Made by a program: the position numbers and the translations under genes. 64,000 bases of DNA from Fimbriimonadaceae bacterium (lineage in GTDB: Bacteria > Armatimonadota > Fimbriimonadia > Fimbriimonadales > Fimbriimonadaceae): positions 12,818-76,817 of the forward strand of contig JBKBWO010000005.1 in NCBI GenBank assembly GCA_046314495.1. Reading direction: 5' to 3'. The notes beneath the pieces are model-generated. The model was not told where the DNA came from. It did not search any database and saw nothing but the letters and a program-made list of their open reading frames with translations. Shown piece after piece: positions 17,789-27,500 of this stretch (position 1 is the stretch's first letter; each line of letters begins with the position of its first letter).

Positions 17789-17817
17789 TTGCAGTTGCCG
17801 AGGCGGTACGCTTTACT
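17789..17817 (+). promoter_or_regulatory. Candidate sigma-70 promoter for the tRNA gene
   Basis: TTGCAG - 17 bp - TTTACT, ending 10 nt before the tRNA 5' end. Confidence 0.35.
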
Positions 17818-17827
17818 TCGCACTGAC

Positions 17828-17900
17828 GGGCCCGTAGCTCAGTGGTTAGAGCGGGCGGCTCATAACCGCTTGGTCGTGGGTTCGATCCCCACCGGGCCCA
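17828..17900 (+). tRNA. tRNA with CAT anticodon; probably tRNA-Ile2 (lysidine-modified) rather than elongator tRNA-Met
   Basis: Cloverleaf GGGCCCG/CGGGCCC acceptor stem, anticodon arm GGCGG-CTCATAA-CCGCT, T-arm GTGGG-TTCGATC-CCCAC. It is not an initiator (paired 1-72, no GGG/CCC anticodon stem). The anticodon arm and variable loop resemble E. coli ileX as I recall it. CCA is not encoded. Confidence 0.9.
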
Positions 17901-17902
17901 CT

Positions 17903-18784
17903 TTAGTTTCTCAGTACCAACAGGTCGTTCGAGGTGTTCAGCGCTTGGTGCAGGGTGTTGCTTCCCAGCCGAATCCGGTCCCAGAACCCCTTGCCCTTGG
18001 CGCCCATGATAAGTAGGTCGGCTTTCTGGTCGCGCATCGCCGTTTCCACTGCTTCATGAAACTCTGTTCGTACAAACACGGACTTCGCTCTTAACCCTGC
18101 GTTGGCGAACTGCTGGGCTATCTTTTCGTTTGCTTCCTCAATTTCCTCCGTGATTGCGGCTTCAACATCGTCGAAGTCATGTTGAATGCCAGGCAATGCA
18201 CTCTTCAGCAGGTCCATGTCAATTCGAGAAGCCGTTAGTACTGTGATCTCTTCGATGCCAACAGGGTTCATTTCGATCAGCTTCTCGGCGCAGCGCTGGC
18301 AGTAGTCGCTATGGTCCGTGGCGAAGATTGCGCGCACAGGGTCCTGCTTATCCCGTTTGTTCTTGGCAATCAGCACCGAGCGTTCGGCACTAGTGACAAC
18401 AGCTTTGGAAACGCTGCCATACATGTTCGCTACGAAAGACGACTTGGGTGGTGAACCTAGGGCAATCAGGTCTGCTCGCTGAGTACCCGCGTATTCCAGG
18501 ATGGCTTTGCTCGCATGCCCGTGTAGAATGGCAGTTTCTACCGGATAGCCGAAGTGGCGGAGTGATTCCACAGCTTTATCCAGTTTTGATCTCCCCTGGG
18601 TCTCGAGGTGCTGGTTTACATGATGAATGGGAAGCCGGCTGGCAGATCGAGAGGGAAGTGAAGCTGCTCCGAACCCTTCGACAACGTGGACCGCATCGAT
18701 GGTTGCGGGTTCAAACTTCAGTCTTTTCAGCAGGTCAACTGCGTTCCAGAAGTGTTCGTGATCGACGCCGAGAACGATTTTCAT
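17903..18784 (-). CDS. Universal stress protein, tandem Usp domains
   Basis: Two Usp repeats, each ending in an ATP-binding G-x2-G-x9-G(S/T)-like motif (LGSPPKSSFVANMYGSVS; MGAKGKGFWDRIRLGSNT). Confidence 0.85.
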   Translation of the reverse strand: MKIVLGVDHEHFWNAVDLLKRLKFEPATIDAVHVVEGFGAASLPSRSASRLPIHHVNQHLETQGRSKLDKAVESLRHFGYPVETAILHGHASKAILEYAGTQRADLIALGSPPKSSFVANMYGSVSKAVVTSAERSVLIAKNKRDKQDPVRAIFATDHSDYCQRCAEKLIEMNPVGIEEITVLTASRIDMDLLKSALPGIQHDFDDVEAAITEEIEEANEKIAQQFANAGLRAKSVFVRTEFHEAVETAMRDQKADLLIMGAKGKGFWDRIRLGSNTLHQALNTSNDLLVLRN

Positions 18785-18813
18785 GGGTTCTGAGCCAAAA
18801 TTCTACCAAGCAC

Positions 18814-19743
18814 ATGAGCGTAAAGGGAGTCCATCACATAACCGCCTTCTCAGGCGACCCTCAAGAAAACGTCGACTTCTATAGCGGGCTTCTCGGACTC
18901 CGCATGGTAAAGGTGACAGTGAACTTTGATGATCCAGGAATGTATCACCTTTACTACGCAGATGCCCTGGGAACACCAGGAACGGGCTTGACCTTCTTCC
19001 CCGTAGGAGCGGCGCCAAAAGGACGCCGTGGCTACAACGAGGTGGTTCGAATCACTTTGGCGATCCCAGAAGGGAGTCTTGGTTTCTGGAAAGACCGCCT
19101 TGCAGCGGCGGGACGCGAGGTGCAGGAAGAAGGAACTTCGCTTCTGGTGCTGGATCCAGACGGAATCGAAATCAGTTTGGAGGAAGGCCCGATGTTCCCT
19201 GGATGGAAGAGATGGGACAACTCCTCCATAGCTCCAGAGCACGCAATTCACGGAGTGCGCTCGACGCGGTTCAATTCTGCTCGCCCAAGCTCAACTGAAA
19301 ACGCCTTAACTCAGCTGCTGGGTTATAGGAAAATCTCTGAAGAAGGTGAGTACGACGTATTCGAGGCGGCTGATGGATACAACTTGATCCACCTGCTGCG
19401 TAAGCGGGGAGACGACCCTGGAAGCTTCGGCGCGGGAAGCATCCACCACATCGCTTTCCGAGTTGAATCCGAGCACGAACAAGCTGCTGCCCGAGCTGCT
19501 GTCCAGAAGTTCGGGCTCTATCCGACGGAGGTGCGAGACCGGCAGTACTTCAAGAGCATTTACTTCCGTGAGGGAGGGGGGATCTTGTTCGAAATCGCCA
19601 CGAACGGGCCCGGGTTTGCCATAGACGAGCCCGAAGAGGCCCTAGGCGAATCACTTTGCATTCCGCCTCAGTACGAATCACTTCGACCCAGGTTGGTGAA
19701 CGCCTTGTTGCCGATCCAGAATGGAGATGTCAAGCTGCCATGA
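18814..19743 (+). CDS. Ring-cleaving dioxygenase, glyoxalase/VOC family (MhqE/MhqO-like)
   Basis: GVHHITAFSGDPQENVDFYSGLLGLRMVKVTVNFDDPGMYHLYYAD...TFFP closely follows the B. subtilis Mhq dioxygenase pattern. The start is trimmed to ATG 18814. Confidence 0.8.
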   Translation: MSVKGVHHITAFSGDPQENVDFYSGLLGLRMVKVTVNFDDPGMYHLYYADALGTPGTGLTFFPVGAAPKGRRGYNEVVRITLAIPEGSLGFWKDRLAAAGREVQEEGTSLLVLDPDGIEISLEEGPMFPGWKRWDNSSIAPEHAIHGVRSTRFNSARPSSTENALTQLLGYRKISEEGEYDVFEAADGYNLIHLLRKRGDDPGSFGAGSIHHIAFRVESEHEQAAARAAVQKFGLYPTEVRDRQYFKSIYFREGGGILFEIATNGPGFAIDEPEEALGESLCIPPQYESLRPRLVNALLPIQNGDVKLP

Positions 19744-20345
19744 GCTTCGAGTACCGATTCGTGCCAGGCAGACGTTCTGACGTAGTTCTGGTGACCTTGC
19801 ACGGCACTGGTGGAACCGAGAACGACCTGATCGAGATTGGGGACATTGTCGCCATGGGCTGGCCCATCCTCAGCCCTCGCGGAAACGTTCAGGAGAACGG
19901 GCACGGGCGCTTCTTCCGGCGGTTTGCCGAGGGAGTCTTCGATGAAGACAGCATGCGAGAGCAAACTGATTTGCTCTCGCTATTTTTGAGAGAGAAGTTC
20001 AGCGAGTTAATCGGGGAGGACGTTCGCGCGTATGGCCTCGGCTATTCCAACGGTGCCAACATGGCTGCTTGCTTGGCGCTGCTGCACCCAGGCACTCTTC
20101 AAGGGGCGTGCTTGTGGCGCGCTGGTTTCCCGATTCAACCTGAAGTTAAGCCGGCGCTCAATGGCTTTCGTGGGCTCGCCATTTCGGGCAAATTCGATTC
20201 GATTGTGCCGCCAGAAGATGCAAAGGCGCTGACCGAGTACATGAACGGCTGCGGAGCGAACGCGGAGTGGTCGGCGATTGATGCCGGGCACGGATTAACC
20301 CGAACCGACATCGACATGGCGCAGAGGTTTTTCGACTCGATCTAG
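19740..20345 (+). CDS. Phospholipase/carboxylesterase-family alpha/beta hydrolase (MhqD-like)
   Basis: LHGTGGTENDL, nucleophile elbow GYSNGAN, C-terminal GH. ATG 19740 overlaps the upstream stop (ATGA). Confidence 0.8.
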   Translation: MSFEYRFVPGRRSDVVLVTLHGTGGTENDLIEIGDIVAMGWPILSPRGNVQENGHGRFFRRFAEGVFDEDSMREQTDLLSLFLREKFSELIGEDVRAYGLGYSNGANMAACLALLHPGTLQGACLWRAGFPIQPEVKPALNGFRGLAISGKFDSIVPPEDAKALTEYMNGCGANAEWSAIDAGHGLTRTDIDMAQRFFDSI

Positions 20346-21184
20346 CGAGTCATGGTCCAATTGCGAGGTGGCCAGAAGATCACTTCGCTCCTGCCAATTA
20401 CCGCATCAAGTGGTGCCAGACCCCAGCCACGGCCATCGAACGAGCCAGTTCGGTTGTCTCCCATTGCGAGGAAGTAGCCGTCGGGAATCGCCGCAGGAGG
20501 CGCATTTCGCAGTCGCTCCTGCATCTCCTGGGTACTTGCGACGTACTCGTCGGCGACTAACTTTGGGGGATTGATAAATGCAGCGTTGTACTGCACAGGC
20601 CAGAATTCGCCGTCCACTTCGACCAACTTGAAATCAAACTCGTTTGGAGTGCTCAAGTAGGGCTCTTCGACTCGCTGACCGTCGATAAACAAAGACCCAC
20701 CGCGAATCTCTACAACCTGCCCCGGAAGTGCAATTAGCCTCTTGACGAAGTCGATGTCCTGCCCCCTTTGGAAGTCATAAAGGGCTCTCTCAGGTGGTTT
20801 GAAAACGATGATGTCGCCCTGCCGGGGTTCGGTGTACCGGTAAATCGCCTTGTTGGCGATGATGTAATCGTTCAGCTGCAGCGTCTGCAGCATGGAGCCG
20901 GTTGGGATGGTGAACGTCTGGATGACGAACGGGCGAATGAGGAGAAAAACTACGATCGCGGCGTAGATCAGGGAGTCGAGGATTTCGTTGACAACGTTGC
21001 AGGTCTTCGTGAGGCCATTGCTTATGTGAGGCTTTCTGCGCGCCAGCACGAAGAAGCAGCCGAACCGGATGGCAGTGAGAACCAAGCAAACCAGCACAAT
21101 GGTGCTGATCGGGGTTCGGGCGATGGCGTCCACTGTTTGGGTGAACTGGCCAGGACCCTGCTGCTGTGCCAGTAGCTGAAGCAC
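20342..21184 (-). CDS. lepB: Signal peptidase I
   Basis: Ser box IPTGSMLQTL, Lys box VKRLIALPG, and GDNRTGSFDGRGWG. Confidence 0.9.
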   Translation of the reverse strand: MLQLLAQQQGPGQFTQTVDAIARTPISTIVLVCLVLTAIRFGCFFVLARRKPHISNGLTKTCNVVNEILDSLIYAAIVVFLLIRPFVIQTFTIPTGSMLQTLQLNDYIIANKAIYRYTEPRQGDIIVFKPPERALYDFQRGQDIDFVKRLIALPGQVVEIRGGSLFIDGQRVEEPYLSTPNEFDFKLVEVDGEFWPVQYNAAFINPPKLVADEYVASTQEMQERLRNAPPAAIPDGYFLAMGDNRTGSFDGRGWGLAPLDAVIGRSEVIFWPPRNWTMTR

Positions 21185-21190
21185 AGGCCT

Positions 21191-21541
21191 TTAGCGCTTT
21201 TCTTTGATGCGGGCGGCCTTTCCGACCTTGTTTCGCAAATAGTAAAGCTTGGCTCTTCGAACATCGCCTCGTCGGGTGACTTCGAACTTCGCCACGTTCG
21301 GCGAATGGAGCGGGAAAGTCCTCTCGACGCCTACACCGCTAGCGACTTTTCGAAGAGTGATCGTCTCAGCGATTCCTCCGTGCTTGATGGCGATACAGGT
21401 TCCTTCGAAGATCTGGATACGCTCTTTGCCGCCCTCACGCACCTTAACGTGCGCCTTGACGGTATCGCCGGGATTGATCTGAGGGAGATCCTCCTTCAGA
21501 TGAGGATTGGCAACAGAATTGAGTATCGCTTGCTTTGACAT
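21191..21541 (-). CDS. rplS: 50S ribosomal protein L19
   Basis: Full-length L19 pattern ([23 protein letters not shown]...RRAKLYYLR). Confidence 0.97.
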   Translation of the reverse strand: MSKQAILNSVANPHLKEDLPQINPGDTVKAHVKVREGGKERIQIFEGTCIAIKHGGIAETITLRKVASGVGVERTFPLHSPNVAKFEVTRRGDVRRAKLYYLRNKVGKAARIKEKR

Positions 21542-21570
21542 GGAAAATACGCCTCGAAAAAGGTAACCGT

Positions 21571-22281
21571 CTATTTTAGCAGATCGGCGTCTCCCTTCTC
21601 AAGTCTTGCCTTCGCAAGTAAGTCCGGTCGGACCCTTGCTGTTTCCATCAGGGCCTGCTGTCGCCGCCATTGACGAATGGCTTGATGGTCGCCGCTCAGC
21701 AACACGTCGGGCACCAAGGCTCCTTCGACGCCTACCGGCCGAGTGAACTGCGGATATCCCAAGAGATCGCCTTCAAAGGTCTCCCCTACCAAGCTCTCTT
21801 CGTTTCCAAGAACTCCGCCCTGCAACCGCGTTACGGCATCTACAATCGCTAGTGCAGGGATCTCTCCGCCAGTCAAAACAAAGTCTCCTAGGCTGATGGT
21901 TCGGTGACAAAGTTCGGTTCTGATGCGCTCGTCTACTCCGCCGTAGTGGCCACAGATGAGAATCAGTTGGTCAGCACGGGCAAGTTCCTTGGCAATAGGC
22001 TGCGAAAAGGGCTCACCTCGCGGGTCCATCAGGGCAACCTGGTGGTTCGGCTGCAACTCTATACTTCGAAATGCTTCGAACATCACGTCGTACCGGAGCA
22101 CCATTCCCGCCCCGCCCCCGCAAGGGGAGTCGTCTACGCTTCGGTGGGCATCCTTTGCAAAGTCACGCGGATGAACCGCTTGTAGCTCAACGGCACCAGT
22201 TGCAAGCGCCTTCCCGATAACGCCGTGCTGCAGAAACTCACAGACGACTTCTGGAAAAAGAGTGAGAATTATGAACTTCAT
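21571..22281 (-). CDS. trmD: tRNA (guanine37-N1)-methyltransferase
   Basis: TrmD pattern ([42 protein letters not shown]). Confidence 0.95.
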   Translation of the reverse strand: MKFIILTLFPEVVCEFLQHGVIGKALATGAVELQAVHPRDFAKDAHRSVDDSPCGGGAGMVLRYDVMFEAFRSIELQPNHQVALMDPRGEPFSQPIAKELARADQLILICGHYGGVDERIRTELCHRTISLGDFVLTGGEIPALAIVDAVTRLQGGVLGNEESLVGETFEGDLLGYPQFTRPVGVEGALVPDVLLSGDHQAIRQWRRQQALMETARVRPDLLAKARLEKGDADLLK

Positions 22282-22339
22282 GCCTTTGTTGAATTGTGCC
22301 TCTACCGGTAAACTTCAAAGCTGAGGTTATCTGCTTTCA

Positions 22340-22717
22340 GTGAACGTTCCAAACGATCTTCGATTTACCAAATCCCACGAGTGGGTTCGCGTCGACGGCA
22401 ACACCGTCACCATCGGAATTACAGACCACGCCCAGAGCGAATTGGGCGACATCGTGTTTGTCGACCTACCCACAGCCGGACGGACTTTGGCTGCCGGAGA
22501 CACTTTTGCCTCCGTGGAGAGTGTCAAGACTGTCGCCGATGTTTACACCCCAATCGCCGGAACGGTTGAGGAAGCCAACGAGGCTTTGGGGTCCCAGGCA
22601 GAGCTGGTCAATGCCGACCCCTACAACGCGGGCTGGTTGGTCAAGCTGAAGGTCGACGATCTCAGCACGCTCGACAGCTTGATGGATGCTGATGCATACC
22701 GCAAGGCGATCGAATAG
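22340..22717 (+). CDS. gcvH: Glycine cleavage system protein H
   Basis: FTKSHEWV, lipoyl-lysine motif VESVKTVADVY, NADPY..GWL. Confidence 0.95.
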   Translation: MNVPNDLRFTKSHEWVRVDGNTVTIGITDHAQSELGDIVFVDLPTAGRTLAAGDTFASVESVKTVADVYTPIAGTVEEANEALGSQAELVNADPYNAGWLVKLKVDDLSTLDSLMDADAYRKAIE

Positions 22718-22728
22718 TTAAGTAGTTC

Positions 22729-24066
22729 ATGCCCTACATTCCGCACACAGACGCAGATCGGGCTTCTATGCTCGAAACCATCGGTGTGGAGTCGATCGAC
22801 GATTTGTTCGTCGAGATTCCAGAACACCTCAAACTGAAAGGAGAGCTCGATATTCCCAGTGCTCTCGATGAATACGCGCTGACGAAATACATGCGCAAAC
22901 TCGCCGCCAAAAACAAGAATTTGGCGGACCATCTCATTTGCTTCGCCGGTGCCGGCATCTACGACCGGTTCATTCCACAAAGCGTTGGAGCAATCATCTC
23001 GCGAGGAGAATTCCTGACGGCTTACACGCCGTACCAGCCAGAGTTTTCGCAAGGGTATCTGCAGACGATTTACGAATTCCAGACGATGATCGCCGACATC
23101 TACAACATGGACGTAGCGAACGCGTCAATGTACGATGGCGCGACTTCGGTTGCCGAGGCAGCCTTGATCGCCTGCGCCATCAAGGACAAAGACAGGGTCG
23201 CCTATAGCGAGGGCCTTCATCCTCACTACCGCCAGGTTTTGGAGACCTATTGCTGGAGCTCCGGTGTCGAGTTGGTTCGTGTTCCTTTGAACGAAGGGAG
23301 GACCTTCGACTACAGTTCGCTGGACGACAGCATTTCCTGCATCTTGGTCCAGACCCCCAACTTCTTCGGAGTGATCGAAGATATGGCGGCAATGCGAGAA
23401 GCTTGCGACCGAACCGGGGCGATGATGATCGTGAATGCCGACCCTGTAGCGATGGCCCTGATCAATCCACCGGGAGCTTTCGGAGCTGACTTTGTGACCG
23501 GCGAAGCTCAGCCCGTGGGAATTCCCATGGGCTTGGGAGGCCCGGTTTGCGGTCTCTTCGCTTCAAAGAGCGAGTTTGTGAGGCGCATTCCCGGGCGGAT
23601 CGTCGGAAAGACTGTTGACCATGAAGGCACTGAGGGCTTCGTCATGACACTGCGAACTCGCGAGCAGGATATTCGAAGGGAGAAAGCCACCTCGAACATC
23701 TGCACCAACGAGGCGTTAATGGCGCTTGCCGCAACGGTTTATCTTTCGGCGATGGGAAAGAACGGGCTGAAGTCAGTTGCTGAGTCATCCGTTCGAAACG
23801 CCCAATATGCTCTTGCCAGACTGGAAGAAGCTGGGGCAAAGCGCAAGTTCGCCTCCCCGTTCTTCTGCGAATTTGTCGTTGAACTGCCAGTGGACGCCGA
23901 TCTGGCACACGAAAAACTAGCCGAGCGCGGGTTCCTTGCTGGCGTTCCACTCGGCAAATACTTCCCCAACATGCACAACTGTCTGCTTCTTGCCTTCACC
24001 GAACTTCGAACTCGCGAAGAGATCGACCAATTTGCCAATGCAGTCGCGGAGGTGGCACGCTCATGA
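22729..24066 (+). CDS. gcvPA: Glycine dehydrogenase (decarboxylating) subunit 1
   Basis: Full-length P-protein alpha pattern (YTPYQPEFSQGYLQTIYEFQTMI...REQDIRREKATSNICTN). Confidence 0.95.
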   Translation: MPYIPHTDADRASMLETIGVESIDDLFVEIPEHLKLKGELDIPSALDEYALTKYMRKLAAKNKNLADHLICFAGAGIYDRFIPQSVGAIISRGEFLTAYTPYQPEFSQGYLQTIYEFQTMIADIYNMDVANASMYDGATSVAEAALIACAIKDKDRVAYSEGLHPHYRQVLETYCWSSGVELVRVPLNEGRTFDYSSLDDSISCILVQTPNFFGVIEDMAAMREACDRTGAMMIVNADPVAMALINPPGAFGADFVTGEAQPVGIPMGLGGPVCGLFASKSEFVRRIPGRIVGKTVDHEGTEGFVMTLRTREQDIRREKATSNICTNEALMALAATVYLSAMGKNGLKSVAESSVRNAQYALARLEEAGAKRKFASPFFCEFVVELPVDADLAHEKLAERGFLAGVPLGKYFPNMHNCLLLAFTELRTREEIDQFANAVAEVARS

Positions 24067-25544
24067 TGCCCTCCGTGAAGGAACCCTTGATTTTCGAGCG
24101 CTCGGAGCCAGGGCGTGTGGGAGCAAACTTGCCGAAGGCAGATACCCCTGAAGTCGATCTTAAAGAGTGTCTCGGAGAACTGAGAGAAGAGCTCGAGCTT
24201 CCCGAGGTAGGTGAGCTGGAGGTAATTCGCCACTTCACCAATCTCTCGCACAAGAACTACGGAATCGACTTGGGCTTCTACCCGCTGGGAAGTTGCACCA
24301 TGAAATACAATCCGCGGATCAACGAGACGATCGCTGCGCTCTCAGGGTTCTCGAAGCTACACCCGATGCAGCCGGAAAACCAGATTCAGGGAGCGCTCGA
24401 AGTGCTGGTCACGGTTCAGGAAATCTTGCAAGAGCTGACCGGTTTCCGGCACATCAGCTTGCAGCCCGTTGCCGGTGCGCACGGCGAGATGACCTGCCTG
24501 ATGCTGATCAAGGCGTACCACGAAGCTAAGGGTGACGCGGCGAAACGCACCGTTGTCTTGGTGCCGGACAGTGCTCACGGAACGAACCCGGCAAGTGCTG
24601 CGCGTTGCGGCTTTAGCGTCCGCTCGATTGCCACGGACGAAGATGGAAACACCGATCTGGCTGACCTAGCAGCAAAACTCGATGACAGCGTGGCGGCTCT
24701 GATGCTGACAAACCCGTCGACGTTGGGCTTGTTCGAGCCGAATATCGAAAAGATCTGCCAGATGGTCCATGAAGCCGGCGGCCAGGTCTTTTGTGACGGC
24801 GCAAACATGAACGCCATGGTGGGTACCACAAGACCGGCAGACCATGGGTTCGACTGTATGCACCTGAACCTCCACAAGACTTTTTCCACCCCGCACGGCG
24901 GAGGAGGACCTGGCTGTGGGGCGATTGGGCTCCAGCCGCATCTTGAGCCATTCCTTCCAGTCCCCGTGGTGGTGCGGGTTGACGATCAGGTGCGTTTGGA
25001 TGAGTCCCGACCGCTGAGCATCGGCAGGGTTTCCCCCTTCTTCGGTCAGTTTCTCATGGAGGTCCGTGCGCTCTGCTACTTCATGGCTTACGGCAAGGAG
25101 CAAATGGCAGGAATCTCTCGGCACGCGGTGTTGAACGCCAACTACGTGAAGGCAAGGCTTCGGGATGTGTTGCCCGCCGCGTTTGACCGGCCTTGCATGC
25201 ACGAGTGTGTTTTGACTGCCCAGCAATACAAGAAGAAAGGCATCAGGGCTCTAGACATCAGCAAGCGTTTGATCGATTACGGATTCCACCCGCCTACAAA
25301 CTACTTCCCGCTGATCGTCCCAGAAGCGATGATGATCGAGCCAACGGAAACGGAGACCAAACGGACCTTAGATGAGTTCTGTGATGCGATGATCGCTATT
25401 TGCAGGGAAGCGGAAGAGACGCCGGAAGTTCTGCTCCACGCGCCTTCAACTCAACCTGTCGGTCGCCTGGATGAGGCTTTGGCAGTCAAGAATCTTGACG
25501 TCCGATACCGAAAGAAGTCGGACCAAGTCCCTGTTGCTGGCTAA
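24063..25544 (+). CDS. gcvPB: Glycine dehydrogenase (decarboxylating) subunit 2
   Basis: P-protein beta pattern (LGSCTMKYNP, PLP-lysine region HLNLHKTFSTPHGGGGPG). Overlaps the gcvPA stop. Confidence 0.95.
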   Translation: MMPSVKEPLIFERSEPGRVGANLPKADTPEVDLKECLGELREELELPEVGELEVIRHFTNLSHKNYGIDLGFYPLGSCTMKYNPRINETIAALSGFSKLHPMQPENQIQGALEVLVTVQEILQELTGFRHISLQPVAGAHGEMTCLMLIKAYHEAKGDAAKRTVVLVPDSAHGTNPASAARCGFSVRSIATDEDGNTDLADLAAKLDDSVAALMLTNPSTLGLFEPNIEKICQMVHEAGGQVFCDGANMNAMVGTTRPADHGFDCMHLNLHKTFSTPHGGGGPGCGAIGLQPHLEPFLPVPVVVRVDDQVRLDESRPLSIGRVSPFFGQFLMEVRALCYFMAYGKEQMAGISRHAVLNANYVKARLRDVLPAAFDRPCMHECVLTAQQYKKKGIRALDISKRLIDYGFHPPTNYFPLIVPEAMMIEPTETETKRTLDEFCDAMIAICREAEETPEVLLHAPSTQPVGRLDEALAVKNLDVRYRKKSDQVPVAG

Positions 25545-26192
25545 TTGCAAGTAAACGTTCGATTGGATGGAGAGTTCGACGGGCCTACCAATATGGCACG
25601 GGACGTCGAACTGCTGCACCCCTCGGAAGTTCAGGTTCGAATCTATGATTGGACTGCCGTCTGGGTGACGCTCGGCCGCTTTCAGAAGCCTGATGAGGTG
25701 TTAGTGCCTGGCACTCCAGTCCCTTACGTTATGCGACCGACAGGCGGCGGCGGCGTTCTGCACGGTCACGATGTAACGGTAGGCATGAGCTTTCCGAACG
25801 AGTGGCTGGGCCTCAAGCCAAACTCACGAGACGTGCGAACTGCCTACCTGGAGGGAATTCGTCCCCTGGCGAAGGCGCTGACTGCCAGCGGATTACCCTG
25901 TGCGTTGGCGGCTGACCTATTGCCGAAAACCGAGGGCGGCGAGAAGCGCTTCGGAGACTGCTTCGCGGGAATTTCTGAAAACGACGTAATCCACCGCCAG
26001 AAGCTAACGAAGGTTTGCGGCTGTGCGGTTCGAATGTATCCGGAGGCTGTACTGTTTCAAGCGAGCATCCCGTTAAGGGAGCCAATGATTCCTTACCGGG
26101 AAGTATTCCAGGATGCCGGGGATCACGTGTTCTATCCGTGGGACCCTGCATCGTTGAGAGAAGAACTTGAGGCAGCGATAATCGGCGCCTAG
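25545..26192 (+). CDS. Short BPL/LplA/LipB-family lipoate/octanoate transferase (LipM/LplA-like)
   Basis: [21 protein letters not shown], and catalytic-lysine region [12 protein letters not shown] start directly follows the gcvPB stop. Confidence 0.7.
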   Translation: MQVNVRLDGEFDGPTNMARDVELLHPSEVQVRIYDWTAVWVTLGRFQKPDEVLVPGTPVPYVMRPTGGGGVLHGHDVTVGMSFPNEWLGLKPNSRDVRTAYLEGIRPLAKALTASGLPCALAADLLPKTEGGEKRFGDCFAGISENDVIHRQKLTKVCGCAVRMYPEAVLFQASIPLREPMIPYREVFQDAGDHVFYPWDPASLREELEAAIIGA

Positions 26193-27229
26193 TTCGGCAG
26201 GTTGGTGATCTCGAACCCTTCGATTGAGAGTTGCTGGCCGATATGCTTCAGCTTCTTCATCGCCCGGAGTTCGATCTGGCGGACCCTTTCGCGCGTCACC
26301 TTCAGGTCGTGACCGACTTCTTCCAGTGTTCGGGTTTTGCCGTCGTCTAGTCCGAACCGTAGCCGAACCACATCGCGCTCTCTTGGGGTTAGCCGCTGCA
26401 AAATGCCGTCCAGTTCTTCGCGGCGGATCAGCTGCCAGGTGACATCGCCCGGAGTGGGCATGTCGGAAGACTTGATGAAGTCGCCGATCGTGCTGTTGTC
26501 CTTCTCACCTACGGGGGTTTCGAGGGACATTGGCTCTGCAGCGACGCGCATCATTTCGCGCACTCGCTCTACGGAGAGGTTCACCTCTTCAGCAACTTCT
26601 TCCTCAGTGGGCTCCCTTTGCAATTCCTGCTGAAGCCGGCTACCCGCCTTGACAACCTTGTTGATAAGCTCTGCTACGTAAACCGGGATGCGGATGGTCC
26701 GTCCCTGGTTGATGATGGCTCTGGCGATTGCCCTTCGAATCCACCAGGTTGCGTACGTGGAGAACCGGAAGCCCTTTCGCCAATCGAACTTTTCGACAGC
26801 GCGGATCAAGCCGAGGTTGCCTTCCTGAATCAAGTCAGCCAACGGAATCCCACGGGCGTTGTACTTCTTTGCGATACTGACGACAAGCCGCAGATTGGAT
26901 TCAATCAGCTGCCGTTTTGCCTCGGGATCGCCTTCCTGAACTCGCTTTGCGAGGTGGACTTCTTGCTCTGGGGTGAGGAGTGAAGCGCGGCGCGTCTGCC
27001 GCATCCACATCTCGAGGTCTTCAGTATCGTCTTGCGCCGCTCGTTCGGCTTCTTCTAGCTCCTCGTCTGTAGGATCAAGATCGAGAAGATCTTCGTCGAG
27101 ATCTCCGACATCCTCCTCAATGAGGGCGCTGCCGGGATTTTCGATGTACGTACCTCGCCCGGGAGTTCGAACGGTGATTGCTCTACCGCGGCGGGGTGGC
27201 CCAGCGCCTGGGTTCTTATCGGCGGGCAA
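26189..27229 (-). CDS. rpoD: Primary-type RNA polymerase sigma-70 factor
   Basis: Regions 1.2 to 4.2 are present ([41 protein letters not shown]; [20 protein letters not shown]). TTG start preceded by AAGGAAG. Acidic N-terminal region. Confidence 0.9.
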   Translation of the reverse strand: MPADKNPGAGPPRRGRAITVRTPGRGTYIENPGSALIEEDVGDLDEDLLDLDPTDEELEEAERAAQDDTEDLEMWMRQTRRASLLTPEQEVHLAKRVQEGDPEAKRQLIESNLRLVVSIAKKYNARGIPLADLIQEGNLGLIRAVEKFDWRKGFRFSTYATWWIRRAIARAIINQGRTIRIPVYVAELINKVVKAGSRLQQELQREPTEEEVAEEVNLSVERVREMMRVAAEPMSLETPVGEKDNSTIGDFIKSSDMPTPGDVTWQLIRREELDGILQRLTPRERDVVRLRFGLDDGKTRTLEEVGHDLKVTRERVRQIELRAMKKLKHIGQQLSIEGFEITNLPN

Positions 27230-27500
27230 GAACGCACTTCCTTGTTAGGGTTGAAGATTTCGAAAGTTCTACGAAAAATTGGGACATCAGGAACGCTAAA
27301 GCTAAACAGCCACGGTCAATATTCGGTTCATCAGTAGGCACTTTGCGAGCTGCAAGCCCGAGATGAGGCAGAAGCGACCTGAGGAAACAGACCGAACGCA
27401 CTTGAATATATTGTACAGGCGCTATGATCAACGCGTAAAGGATAGACGCAACTGCGCCAAAAGATGTTGCAACGCGAACCCGTACTGCGGCATCAGGAGA

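Noticed and set aside
18448-18813. Upstream extensions of several ORFs in the track (18448 for the dioxygenase, 19656 for the esterase, 52273 for hslU, 54448 for the HAD hydrolase, 8308 for the ECF sigma, 29575 for sucD, 59717 for tdh, 61588 for the RR)
   Set aside because: The extensions overlap neighbouring genes on the same or opposite strand and precede the point where family homology starts. Internal ATG/GTG codons with SD-like sequences or stop-start coupling fit better.
22282-22339. Glycine riboswitch upstream of gcvH
   Set aside because: Only 58 bp separate divergent trmD and gcvH, which is too short for even a single glycine aptamer plus expression platform.
27230-27500. Largest non-coding gap (271 bp, upstream of rpoD), considered as a possible sRNA, SRP RNA, 6S RNA or riboswitch
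   Set aside because: I could not find the SRP domain-IV motif (GGAA tetraloop context), a convincing promoter/terminator pair or a long conserved-looking helix. It is most simply a long rpoD leader or promoter region. A covariance-model scan would be needed to exclude an ncRNA.
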